From Botryllus schlosseri (Eukaryota): a stretch of DNA of 64,000 nucleotides. Position 1 is the stretch's first letter; every line of letters starts with the position of its first letter. The stretch covers positions 20,894,001-20,958,000 of the forward strand of contig CM119385.1 of assembly GCA_051294905.1 (NCBI GenBank), in the 5' to 3' direction. A program made the translations under genes and the position numbers. The notes beneath the pieces are model-generated. The model was not told where the DNA came from and did no database searches. It worked only from the letters and a program-made list of their open reading frames with translations. Of this stretch, positions 28,778 to 42,200 are shown piece after piece.

Positions 28778-30691
28778 ATGTGTAATCAGGGCTTGGCACT
28801 AAATTCGTTTCTGAATCGAGTAATATGATTTGAGTTGAGTGTCACTAATTATGACGTCGTAATAGTATGAACGATGTGGAAATTTCACATGTGCATGTGC
28901 AGTGCACCTTTTTAGCGACCATAAAGAAATTATGCCTGGTGGCAGGTATATATATCACATAAAAGATAATGTGTCGTATTTCGACCTTACCTATTGCACT
29001 TCGTGACAATGCTGTGAGTCAATCATGACTTCACAGAAATGTCATTTTCACTAATGTGGGTAGCCTTCTGTGTCTTCGGTGTAGTGATAATCGAAGTTTC
29101 ATAGCCTCCAAGTTGGGGATATAATATCGCAATTACAATTATCGTTATGAATCAGCCCAAGGGATGTATAATTTCAGAACTCGAAAATATCATGTCACAT
29201 GGCGCGACTCGAACCATTACTCGATTCAGATTCGAATACTCCAATCATTATGCCCAACCCTGTAATGTGTAATGTAGGTGCTTACGCTGTTTATTATTCG
29301 CCTGTATCGAGTCCGTTTTACGATTTAATGCACACGAAGTATCTGTTCTTTTAACCTCGCTTCCCTCGATAGCTATTCCGCGTGATAGCTAAAGCACTGT
29401 ACTCGCGCGAGGTCGCATTTAGGAATGTCGCCAGCCACCATTTTGAATCTGTTCTCTGCAACGCGCAGGAGAGTGTAATCGGTCCAATCGATTTCGCGGC
29501 GTTGACAGAATGTTCTCGCGATCTGTAGCGCAACGAGCGTCACTGCCTGCTATGAGTTCCCGAGCCTTGTTCGCGTGTTTTGTTTTGTCGAATTTTCGTC
29601 ACTTTTTACACATCTGTGCAATTCTTTATTTTGAGCCGGTATTACAACCGTCGCTTTTTGTCATATTTCAATACAAAATCGAATAATGTGAACACTGCGT
29701 GCGAATATGAAAGTAAATACAGAAAGAGCAGCGTATGGTTGGATTATGGCAGGGGTAGGGAACCTCAGGTTTGCGAGAACCTGTATACGTTTGCACGCAA
29801 TCAAGCAGAGTTGGACAAAAATATTATTTTCAGCTTTCAGAATTTAGATCAAAATTTGAATTATAGCTATACAGAGTTTTTTCTGGAAATTAGACTAGAA
29901 TTAGAATTATAGCTTCAGTCTTGCTTTGTACGATCGTTTCGTTCAGACTTCGTAAAACGATGCTGACCAAGTTACAAAGTAATTGTTGGAGGTGTATATC
30001 TAGGCTCCTCGCTGAGTAATTCGCGCGGAATCGATGTCATGCAAAGTCTGGCTAGAACCAATATGGGCCGTGCTGCAGTGCAGATCGGAAAACATAATAA
30101 GGTATATCGGCTTGGTGCAAATGACCAGACCATAGTAGGCTACTCCAAATAACAATCTCTCCAGCTACGCAATCCGGCCCGCTACGCAATTTTGGTATTG
30201 CTTTTGACAGTCGTTCCGCTGAAGCCATCAAGTCATAACACTTCGTTTTATGACAGTGCGGCGAATCGTTGATACTAACATAATTACGAAATGGTATCAC
30301 GGTCGCCAAGGCAAGTGACGAGTATAGCGCAGCGGCTTGTTTGATTTTCAGGTTAGGATCCGACTGCGGTCGATTCCAGAGTCATCGCTATCAGCGTCGG
30401 TTCCCAGGCTCCCCATAGTTTTAAAAAAGCATATGTTCTTTTCAATCATCTGCTAGTTGCTGACGAATATCAGTCGAAAATATTCGGATTTTTTCAACAT
30501 GAATGTAATGAACACGACATACATTCGATATGATTGCGAATTGTAGATATTGGTTTGCTTATATCTGGTCGCCCTACATTTCGTATTTTCCCATCCGGCC
30601 GAGGTTTCCGAGCCGTGGATTATGGTAACGTTTTTTTCGACATATGCAAAAGTTTGGTGTACTGTATACTTGCAACAACACTAGCGATGGT

Positions 30692-30810
30692 GGTGGGATA
30701 GCGTAGTGCTACGCTTCGCAGCTGCGACACCATTGGGTTGCGGGTTCGAGTCCGACCGAGGTCGACTCCAGAATTCCGGCCTAAATGTTGTGAGGTTTAT
30801 CTAGGCTCCT
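30692..30810 (+). mobile_element. Second tRNA-derived SINE family G; related pieces ~50385-50545(-), 29985-30150, 32817-32910, 40525-40680
   Basis: A-box-like GATAGCGTAGTG, B-box GGGTTCGAGTCC, followed by the GAGGTTTATCT(A/G)GGCTCC block. Confidence 0.65.
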
Positions 30811-31504
30811 TCTAGCCACACGTTACGCGTATAAGCGGTATGTTCAAAAAGTCTGGAAGTGTGCCGTGGTACAAGTCGGTAAATACGGAATCAGGTCGAT
30901 ATGTTTCAGGATGACCATGACCATTGAGGCTGCATACCAAGTACTCGGAAAACCTGGTCGTTGTATACACACTTCGTGCAGCATTTGAGATACACTGCAT
31001 ATTATCTATAAATAGCCTATTACCTACAAAACAATACGTCGACAACCTTCTGGTCCGTGAGGAGTTCGCATGTATTTTTGCAAGTTAAGTGGGCAAGATA
31101 TCTGATAAAAATTTAAAAATAATCCAAGTAATCTCTTTAATCGAAGCATGCGTGTTCCTGCCTTACTGTGATAAATTTAGTGACCTTTCAATGTTGAACA
31201 TTTGTGTTTCTGAAGACCGCTACGAGAAAAAAAAAATCATTTCGAAACCGGTCCTCAGAACAACAAAAAATTCCGACATCTGAATAGATGTATGGGGCTG
31301 TTCAACAATTTAGCCACAGGTTTCAGCAGTTGAAACTTATCGGTGTTCGAAGTAGCAGCTTTATTACAATTGCTCTTTTTTCAACGTAAAGTTTGCCGTA
31401 TATACTCATTGCGATTAATTTTATGCTTATAAACGGTTTAACGGTCTGCTAATAATCGATAACGTACTTACACAATACACGGAATCGAAATGTACACTCG
31501 GCGT

Positions 31505-31951
31505 TAGGGTTGCATTTAAAACAAATTGTGTTTTGAAACACTTTGTTTAAAACATGTTTCAAACAGAGTTTTAAACAAAGGCCTTTTTACAAAAAAATAT
31601 TTTTTCAAGTTGTAAAATTATGCCATAATTGTGTAAATACTTTCCAAGATACATGTTGTATGGGCCTATACAAACAATTACCACCAGATATTGCCGAGGC
31701 ATATCGATATGGGATGGTTGGAAGCCTCAAAATGGTCGATTCAACAGCAATAGTACAGATATTTCGTGAAAGGAGCCATATTTACCCTATATTTTCGATT
31801 GGCAATTTCAATCCACTATGACGTCACAGTTGAATATTCGTAACGTCATGGCTTAAAAAAATCAATAAAACAATAAAAAACATGTTTTAAACGAGGGACT
31901 AGTTTTAAACATGTTTGTTTTAAATTCATTTTTGTTTCAAATGCAACCCTA
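31505..31951. mobile_element. MITE; right-end copy at ~44750-44910
   Basis: TIR TAGGGTTGCATTT / AAATGCAACCCTA; no TSD match. Confidence 0.75.
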
Positions 31952-34900
31952 CTATAGTCTTTAACTGTGCAACCTGCAGACCTTGATTTGATTGCGAAAT
32001 ATGCTTGTTGCAGAAGTTATCCAGTCGGACTTACTGCACTCTGTACACAACTAAGCATGTTTAACTAGGCTATTTTAGTTTATGACCTCCTGTGACTCTT
32101 GTTACGGTCAATTTTGTTGCAGATCCGTAATATCAATTATTGACTAAGATAGATAAACACATATGACCATAGTTTTAATCGCATCCCAGGTTGCTTTTTA
32201 CGATTATGGTGATACGTCAATGATTTAGTTTCCCTCAGTTGCAAACGCATTGACTCCGTAGCAATCTATAAGTTTACTTTTGGAATGATCCGACATTTTT
32301 CGATTTCAACGTGGTCAAACACTATTCGTTGTAATTGTTTTGGAAAAAATCTATTAGATAAGCAAATTCAGAAAGTGACATTTAATCCGATTGCTGTATA
32401 TATAAGTTAAGCATAGACTCGTGATACGTGCAGCGCGTGATCTGCCCTCCAGGCTGGTGAGTGATTTGTGCTGTTTATCACGTTCCAAATTGTGGCTTAA
32501 ACAATATAACTAGGATTGTAAAATATAATCGGCAATGCTGCAAATGACGGTTTCAAACGATTTTGCGCAAAAAAATTGGCAATGAATGATTATGTAATGA
32601 TGCGTATTTCCGTGTCTCATTGCCGAGGTGGAAGTGACATAAGTGCCGATAGAGAGATTATTTCTCTGAAGAAAAAAGGTTTTGCAATGAATTCGCCAGT
32701 TTCATTTGCATAAAAAGCATCAGTTAACACTTTCCTGACGCTGCATTTTTTTACATAAATTTAGGCACAATGATGCTGTCTATTCTTTTATTATAAGAAA
32801 ATTCCTTCCTAAGTGTTGGAGGTTTATCTATAGGATCCTCCTCGCCACCTGATCTGCGTATGCGGTGTCTTAAAAGCCTAGAAGTGGGCCGTGCTATAAG
32901 TCGGCAGACACGGATCGATTATATACTAGAGTTATCATATTTTGGAATCGGGAAAGGACCACACTTTTACCAAATCAGAAAAATTAGTTGATCAATACTG
33001 GAAACAGTCGATTTTTCTATTTGTTGAGTTGACTAAAAAAAGGTCATCACTTTTACTCGACTTCCGATTTACCCGTACTTTTTACTTGGATTACGTAGTG
33101 TTGACTAAAATTGACTGCAATTTAAAAATATTGTTGTTCTTGTTCAAATTAAGCTATTCTCTTGTACCCAACACTCAGTAGCTGATACGGCTTCGGCGAT
33201 GATATTAGCATTCCATAGCTGATGTGAATGGGCAATTGGGCATATTGCCTTGACGTGCAATGGCCCAGATACTGCCAAGACCTAGACGCCTAGAAAACGA
33301 CTTTGGGCTTCCACAAAAGATCAAGCTATACGAGAGTTTCCCACCAAAGTACCGTGTTGAGCTAACCCCAATATCAATGGTTTAGTTCAGTCCCTCAGAA
33401 GTCAGGTATCGTGCGCAACTCATAGTTCAAATAGAATGAAGGTGATGATCATGATATGTTTTGTTGTATTTGTATTTCTTTATTAAATTATTATTATTTC
33501 TTTTGTGGTAACTATATGTCCGTCACCCATGTTAGAGACCACAGCGTTGTACTAACGTAAAGTTTTAAAAGTGTATTTGTTGAACGATGTGGCCTATTAT
33601 ATATCGATATTATATTCATACGGCCCGTGGCCTCTATACCAAATTTGAAAGTAGCCTGTGACCCGTTTTGAGTTGGTGACCCCTGACATATAGTCATGAG
33701 TTGACAACATGCATATGCCAATAACCTCTATACTTGAAAATCGATATATCCGAGAACATGATGTCTGAGCGATATCGTTATCTATGACGTAATCGCGGTG
33801 TGAAAAACGTCATAGATGCGATTAGATATTCGGGTGGTTTCGGAATTTATGTTGACAACAATAACAATATGTGGTCCGAGTAAGACTGGGATTTTTAGAC
33901 CCACGGCACAGGGTTATTCTGAGGTCAATCTATTTCGTTGACAGAATAGGTTACTATCCAATATCTTATGTCTCTAATGTACGCAGGGCGTTAGCGGACC
34001 ATGTGACACAGGTATTTCGAGGCCAACCCCTTCCCGACGGAACACATGGAGGTATGGAGTTTTAACCATCAGACAGCTGGGTAAAGTGCGGTGCCAACAA
34101 GATCTGCGGCGATAAAACCGTGGCTAAGAGGACCGTCGCTGGTTGACCAAGAATGCCGTACAAATGCGACCCGCAGAGGAAAATAATGCACCATGATTTG
34201 AAAACGTGCGACAGAAATGTTTCATGGCGCTGTGCTGCGTACGACTGTCGTCCGCGCTTTCTATATGTAATACATTTACCATATACATCGTTGCGGTAGT
34301 ATTAAAGTAGCTTATGTCCATTTTTACAAATTTCGGGATCTATTTTTAAAATTGTTAGAAAAACAAGTTTTTGTTTAATTTTCATAGTTTTTACCCTTAT
34401 CCTGGTCAGGACATGTTTAATGTTTATGTTTGTCTCACTGTTTCAAGGTTAATCACGGCAAAGCTGTGTCCGAACCGCCGCGACATATCCGTAAAAACGT
34501 AGCATACAAATATTAAAAATGCATTCTTTGTGATGTGCGAGGCTCGATTCGCGAGATGGCACCAAACTCAGATTTGGGTCGCGGCCATACAGTTTGATAA
34601 CCACTGGTCTATATTGTATATTGAAAAATACTCTTTATGAACATTGACCTTAAAATAATATATTTGCTATTGCGACGCGTTTCTGAGGCGTGAAACTTCA
34701 GGAGTGGTTTACATCATACTGGAAACGCTATGAAATCGTTAATGACAAATTTGAATGGTACCGTAATGAAAACAAAAGCACCCTCCCTGCGCAGCCGCGA
34801 GTCAACATTTTTCACAAAGAGATTGTCGAGTAACACGAATTACTTAACCCGACGGGTGGCTGCCGTCGTCAGCAGCTATAGTCTGCCGCGAAGCTTGGCT

Positions 34901-36731
34901 CTGACTCAGGAAGTCGTTGTGGGCAAACGTATCGATTCGCTGGTTCGCACAAGCAGTCGGCACAAAGAAACGCATTTCTTTATGCACCACCAAGATGATG
35001 TGACCGAGATCCAGCATACATATATTCCAATGGCATTACCGACATCCAATATCAGACAAGGAACACACACTATAGCTACGTACGTATATAACTATTTATA
35101 CTTACACAGTCGTAAACAGTTGAGCTGTGAGCGACATTCAAAGGTAGCCGTGACAAGGCCTAGGCATTTCTAGAGAACAGCAACTATCGGTATGGAGACA
35201 TAGTAAATATTATTGTCTCAGGAAGATCATCGACCGATGTAACATACTGATCATGTTATAAAATCACTATCTTCGAAACGAATAGAAATTCGCTAAAATG
35301 CATATCAGCGTCAAGGTCACCAAGCTGTCTGTTCGCGGGCCGTAATGATATATATGTTGAAGTAGTTGGACGATTGATATGATGAAGCTATGGATAACTA
35401 GCCTCTGTACAATAAGTTCTATTTTGTGAAACATGATGAACCCCGAGGATAGCATTATGCCACCTCTGCCGCACGACTATTCTTGTTTATCACCGCATTG
35501 CGACACCCGAGAGAACGTAAAGAGAAAAGCCTCAGTGAATCAGCATCAGCATTTGCAGCGGCTCAACCAAGATAACACAAGAGAATAAGACCGGCACAGC
35601 TACCGGTAGAAGCAAGAAACACACTCGCTTTCATTTTGGATTAAAATAGCAATCCTCTCCCGGAATTGAATAGTGCATATTTTCTCGCCTGTCATACATA
35701 TACGATTGCGTAATAATGCTTGGGAAATGATTCTTTGTTATTACTTTGAAATCGAATACATAAACGATAAAGTGTCGGGCCTTGTTATCTTCTGTAACGT
35801 GACCCAGCGCTTTGTAAAGCACGGAGACATGCTCCCATGGTCTCTTAAATAGCCTAAGCACAACTGCATCATCCGCGCCATAATTGGTATAAGTTTTAAG
35901 ATGTTCTATATGAGTACTTTGCCCTCTTGCGAAATCGTATGCTTTGTTTTCACTGTACATCTCTATATCCGAATCACAGTTGTTTAGGATACTGTTTTAG
36001 CTGTCGCGCTCGGTTCAAGCTGATAAGTGAGACGGGTACATGCTTTTGTGTGCTATATCTGTGACCACACGAGAGGTCAGTTGTGCATGATCTTTGGTGA
36101 CATTCTGCAACGCTTTTGATCAAGCGATTCCTTTGATGAAATGCTCTTTCAGCAATGGTTCGCTACAGCAATTCATTCGCCAATCGGCAATGCCTGTGCA
36201 ACAGGCTGTGAGCAATGAGCGTCGGTATTCCCGTCAGCCATTAAGTGATTGCAATACCACATGGTGTTCCGCCTTGCGACAGGAAATTGTGCAATTTTGT
36301 TCGATTAATGCCACGCTTCACACAATTAGAAACCTTTTCCAAAATACGGGCTTCTTCCGCCGAATTGATATCTTCCATCGTACTGCCGTAGTTGCAAACT
36401 GCAAATGTGATAATCGAAATGCGGGTCCAACGATATATTCAGCTCATGTCTCTTTAAATACAAAATGTGAACAGCTGTCGCGTTGATATCTATGTATTCT
36501 TGTGTGGTCGTGCCTGCAACGCAAAAGGCTGTGCTACCTGCGACAAATCAAAGCAACATAATCTATGAAAACACGTGCCGGACTGCCGGTGTGATAGTCG
36601 GTGCGTAGGTCGCACGTTCCAGCGCTTGCAGCCAGCATGTCCCACGGAAAATTAGAATAACGAATGTTTCTTCTACTCCATCATCGCAGTCTATTGACAC
36701 ACTGCGTGATTATGATCAAGTTACTGCTTGT

Positions 36732-38252
36732 AATTCGGCTATTGGACAGCATCTCTTATTCCATCCTGAATGTGCTAATCATTACAATGACAGTCAATTT
36801 TCTATAGTTGCTCGTGGCCAGGGCCGTAACAGCACTTCGCCAGGCCCCCCCAAAAAACTTTGGTCGTGGGCCCACCATAGGGTTATAGACCGAACTTCTG
36901 GGGGGCTTCGCCCCTCAGACCCCCCTCCGGCGATACCCTGTTTACCGCTATTTATGATATGCGTTGGGAGTTTGTTTAGTGAATTGCCCTAAACGCGCGA
37001 AGCGCGGGAAATTTCTAGAATTCATGACTGAATCGGTCAATATGATCGGGAATTGCATATATCTTGTTATCAATTTTTATCTTCTCTCTGCTCACGTAAT
37101 CAGATTTGCCGGTAGAGCTGAGTGAGGTGTGTTTGAAAAGGTAGGACCACTCAATAATAATTAAACATCATCGGGCGTATGCCCGTTGGTAGGAACGAAA
37201 CAGCACCTCGTCAGGCCCCCAAAAACGTGGGTCTTGGGCTCCCATAGGGTGATGAAACGACCCCTCCATCACGTTGTTCGCGTTTGTCACGAAATCATCT
37301 GTACTGTATTGTGAGCCAGCGCGAAGCGCGAAAATTTTCAATAATTTGTGATAAAATCGGTCAATCAGATCAGCGATTGCATATATATTATGCTATCAAT
37401 TTATTGTCCTCTCTACTCACGTAATTAGATTTACCGGTAGAGCTGAGTGAAGTGTCTTGAAAACGGGAGGGCCCGTAAATAATAATTGAATATCTTCGGG
37501 CGGGCGGACCCGTTGATATGACTTAGTTACATGATGTTATTTCGTGACTTTCAGTCTGCTATATCAAAAAATATAGAATCGCCCAAACGTAGGCTTCTAA
37601 ACAAAGAGTCGCACACGATTTCAAATTGGTATCTCTTCACTGGCATAAAATTTTTCCCAGCGGGATGGTATTTGTCTTGTGAGGTTCAGATTGCAAAGAC
37701 AGGAACATTCGGCGCCAGTCATTTAGGCGCCAATGGACAATTAAACCTATATGTATTTTGTATATATAACAAAGTCTTTGGTCAGCATAAGGGCATAGAC
37801 CTTTTCGGCCAAGGTTTTCTCGCTGTCGATCGTTCTGGCACACTTCCTGGAGTCGCATGTTATATGGCCTAAAACTTGATTGTATGTCTTGGTGGGTCGT
37901 GGCGCGGTAATGGCCCAATGCCCAATAATAAAGATACATGGCTACTTGAATTCGCGCGCAGCGCGAAAAATGTTTTAAAAAGTTGCATAAATTTTCAAAA
38001 AATACTCTATGATTTATGCTAATTCACGAAATAATTTTGGGCCCCCTTCGAGCTCGCCCCCCCCCCCAATTGGGGGGTTTGGGGTTCGGCAGTTACGGTG
38101 CTGCTCGTGGCCGCTCTCTTTTTCATTTGAAGGTCCTGGAGTCGACGATCATAAAGCCGCGAAAGCCGATTCCCTGTCGCCAGAAGGAACGCCTCTACAC
38201 CCTTGGAGAATTTCATCGATGTTCTGTGTTGTTGTCTCCAGTTAGTTATTGA
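36732..38252 (+). mobile_element. Penelope-like element remnant (GIY-YIG endonuclease C-terminus), split by a hAT insertion
   Basis: Removing 36819-38111 joins in frame NSAIGQHLLFHPECANHYNDSQFSIVARG and RSLFHLKVLESTIIKPRKPIPCRQKERLYTL, a typical PLE C-terminus. Confidence 0.85.
36819..38103. mobile_element. Non-autonomous hAT-type DNA transposon (1285 bp)
   Basis: TIRs CAGGGCCGTAAC / GTTACGGTGCTG, perfect 8-bp TSD CTCGTGGC (36811-36818, 38104-38111); internal ~365-bp tandem duplication. Confidence 0.9.
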
Positions 38253-38401
38253 CCGAATATGTAGGCCTACCCGTTAACGTTTATTTTGTATCGCTACTAC
38301 CGTATCTTGCCTGTCCCCTAGTTTTTTGTTATTGTTATTATTACGTCATACATACAAAATAGTTCCTACATTTCTAATTTGATTCACCCTATTACTGACG
38401 T

Positions 38402-38439
38402 TCGCTACTGATGAGAGTCAGTCGAAAAGCTTTTAACGA
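38402..38439 (+). ncRNA. Minimal type I hammerhead ribozyme motif
   Basis: TCGCTA-CTGATGA-G(AGTCAGT)C-GAAA-AGCTT-T-TAACGA. Intact CUGAUGA and GAAA core, G10.1-C11.1 pair, palindromic AAGCTT stem III, UUU triplet, stem I 5/6 pairs. Confidence 0.75.
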
Positions 38440-38865
38440 TAACAATATGAAGTTATTGTTTCGCGTTATTCTAAAGTTCTGTACCCCTAATAGTGTACAC
38501 TGTGCAGTACATTGTGCAATGTTCGTACATATAATGCTGCGACGCCAGAAACTGTTGTAAACTATCTGTAACCTCTGGTCATCACACAGCTCTTGAGAGA
38601 GTGAGAGTTTATTTGGGAATCACAATTAAGCATCGTTATGGATTCGTTTCAAACGTTTATCGATTTTCCGGATAAGTTGGCCTGCTTTACTACACTACAA
38701 CTTACTCCTTATTTTACGCCCTCATCTCCGGACACTCCGTTTTAACTCCATACCAAATAAGTTAACAAAATCATATTCTTGAAATAATTTTCGCTTTCTT
38801 GAAGCTAAGCGAGACATTCACTAATAGCGATTTGGACTATTATCAAAACTTGTACTGTTATGTCA

Positions 38866-39214
38866 GGGGAGATAGTGTAGTGGTTACGATAAGCGCCCAG
38901 CACGCAGACGAACCGCGTTCGATTCCCGTCGGAGGTTTATCTGGGCTCCTCTTCCCCTGCCGTTGCCGTTCTTACGGCGACAAAAAAGCCCAGAAAAAGA
39001 CCCGACGAAAGAAAGCACTCACAATGAATGGAAAAGAACTAGCAGAAAGGGCCGCGGTTTCAAAGAGATCAACATCGAAAAGGAACTGTGACATCGGGCA
39101 CTCTGGGCCGAGGTGGATGTTATGTTCCTATTTGTTCATGACATCGCATTGTGTCTTATCGCATTATACATTGTGTGTGACTTGTTCGGATCAAAAATAC
39201 AACCCAACCATGTT
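38866..39214 (+). mobile_element. tRNA-derived SINE family F, full length; other copies 54519-54892(-), 55700-57908(-, interrupted), 57682-57884(+), 61727-62093(-), ~22030-22140(-)
   Basis: A-box TAGTGTAGTGG (38873), B-box GTTCGATTCCC (38917), then a ~290-bp non-tRNA body shared among copies. Confidence 0.85.
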
Positions 39215-42200
39215 GTGTTATGTTATGTCCTGACTTCAACGTAGGCAACTCATTTGGACATTGCTTAATAATACTACTTCGGGGCGGATCGTAGTTCGTA
39301 GATACTTGAAAGTCTGGCCTGGTGTACGTATAGTGACTCCGATGAAGTAAAAATATACACTATATATGTTAATACGTATTAATGCTTGATCTAAACTAGT
39401 GCCGACAAAATTATTCAATTGTATATTAAAGTTCTATACCCCAGGAGTCAGTTCTATAGACCTCAACTTTCATGACAGACTAATAAATGAAATGCGAGCA
39501 AATGTAGGAAAATTCCGGTTGAGCTGGATGACTGCGGCAATGGAAATCCCGGAGTTGATCATGATCATAATGGCAAACGCGCACCATGTCACCGGCACCA
39601 TACCAACGTTTGAGTGCAAGCTGAGTGATCACTGATCAGTGATCACACAAGCAACACGAAATGGACGCGGCGCTGCCATCTTGCGGTTACTAATCTGAAC
39701 ACTTATCAAAAATACTCGTCAGCTCTTTACAAATATGGCAAAAATGACATGCGAGTTCACTGACTAGATTTCATACTTGTTTCAATTTTAATCTCTTGAA
39801 CCAGGGTTGGAATGACTTGAGTTATGATTCGACTTGAGTCCGACTCGGGACGCAATTTTTTACTCGATTTGACTCGAGTCATTATCTCAAAATACGGAAA
39901 AAAGACTCGACTGGATTGGGGTCAATCTGTGTATTGACTCGACTTGTACTCGACTCATTGCGCATGACTCGGTCCAAGACATATGGCTCGAGTCAAAACC
40001 ATAAAAGTGAGATTGACTTGTGACTCGGAACCTTGCCATTTATGGCTACAACCCTCTAGATTCCCATCACTGATTAAAATCGGTAGGGCGATCATGCTTG
40101 TAGCAGAGGAAAAAGCAAATCAATGCGGCTCAGCCGCGTTCCTGTATTTGCGTGGACTGCACCAAAAGACTTACTTAGCAATAGGATTTAGGCAGCTATG
40201 GAATCAAAAATAGGGAATATCGGCCTGGTGTAAATTACCATAGTAGTCGACAAACACCATGAATACCACAAAACAACAACAACAAACAACAAAGTAAGAA
40301 CAAAACTAGATTGTAATAATAATCACGACTGAATGTGAGTTCTGATTATTATATTACCTAATATATATCTCCGATTTCAGAACTCGTTTCTACCTACACA
40401 TACATGTTTATGCATTGTACATCAGATCGTTCACAGGCATGAAGCCCGGTCCATCGAGGAAGAATATGCAATGGAATACACATCCAATCACGCGGAACCT
40501 CCTGGAATTTCTACTTAAGTGATTGAGGCTTCTCTATCTAGGCTCCTCCTCGTCATGTGACTCGCTTGAGCGGTGTATTGCGAAAGCCGAGAATGAATTA
40601 AAGGTATGGGCCATGCTACACGAAGGCATATCTACGGAATATCGGTCTGGTGTAAATGATCACAGTAGTAGAAATACCATGAATACAACAAAAGCCCAAC
40701 CTACTGGAGTTACACCGCAGGAAGAAGATAGTAGATTACGAATTCTGTTCCGTGGTCCGCATATACCTGTTCCAGATGATAAGCACGGATGTTGTCGTTG
40801 TTATCATAACAATAAGAAGAAAGATAACAACAAGAACATACAGTCGGTCCCGCTTAATTCGGACACTTTGGTTCCACCCACTTTTGACCGAGTTGAGCGG
40901 AAAATCAATGTGTCGTTTCATGGTCATGCGTAAAGGCAGACAACGAATTCACAATACTGTACTGTTTCGCAATAAATGAATTGCAACTGCGACATACTGC
41001 AGTAATTGGCACTGATCGCATAAAACGAGCATTTGTATTGCACAGTATTTCGATAGCAAAGGATTCAACAAATACTGTATTAAAATAGTACAAGAATTGT
41101 TAACCATGTATCAAGAGCTGAAACAATATTTTCTGTACCATTGTGTTCTACAAGATGGTCGCAATTGTACCGAAGTAAAAGCGACTTAAGACACGGTCAC
41201 TGCCTTTTATACGAGTTCATTGTCGATTGTTACTGCATGGGTCGTTATTATAATAATAACTTACCTTGTTTTAAAACGAACGGAGAACTGTTTATTCTGT
41301 CCTAATATAACCGATAGGAATTGCGAACCTGGGTCCGAATTATTTTTTACTTTTGTTCCGTTCCCAAACATCTTGCTCGGATGAATTATTATTGAGCTCC
41401 TGACATTTTCCGCGTGTATTGCATGGTTTTGGCATATAGTTGACTTTTCTGCGTGAAACACACTTTCTGCCTGAGAATTGTATATACGATTCCGTCTTGT
41501 TATTATTGGAAATTCTTGTGGTTTGGCTTAAGCTATTCGCTCGTCTCCTAAATGTGCAGTGAGTATAAACGAAGAAAGCATCAACGGGAAGAACCCATGA
41601 AGAAACAAAGGTGTGGTCGAACTTGTTTTTGCAAACTATTACAGAGTGTATAATCACATTTATATCATATCATGCAACTGGACAAAAATGCGAAATTGCT
41701 CATGGATCATGTCACTCACCAGTTTGCATAGTTCAAACATATCTGTTCAACGATCGCGCATCGTTTTAAACATTTTTTCAGCACGAGATTTAGTTGAAAC
41801 CATCGCTATTGTGCTCAGTAACGCATAGTTGAGTTCAGGTATAGATGTATGGGAATACGGTCGCATACGGTCTGGATACTCGTCATCCTTTATACATAGC
41901 CGATATGAGTTAAAAATCTATAGTGCAGAATTTCAATCCAATGACAGCAGAGAATGACCCTATTCGTCATGAAATAATACCTGATATACATATTTTGTAC
42001 GATGAACCGTACCTTCAAAACACTCTCTCGTAAATACGATTCCTTTTGTGGCTTCGAAGACTTTGCGTTTCTTCTCTGAAAGCGTAAAGCGGGCAGCATT
42101 TCAACATGAGATTTCTGCTGTAGACTGTCATACTCTCACCGATAGTATGGTATAGTAATGTGTTTGCAGGGGCAGACATTTTACGACAGGTGTTGAGTCT

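Noticed and set aside
33180-35560. Alternative genetic code (TAG readthrough) in coding-like fragments
   Set aside because: TGA and TAA stops also interrupt the frames; simple decay or non-coding sequence explains it.
38866-38930. tRNA gene
   Set aside because: A and B boxes are present, but there is no full cloverleaf and it continues into a multi-copy body; it is a SINE head. The same applies at 30692 and 50470-50545.
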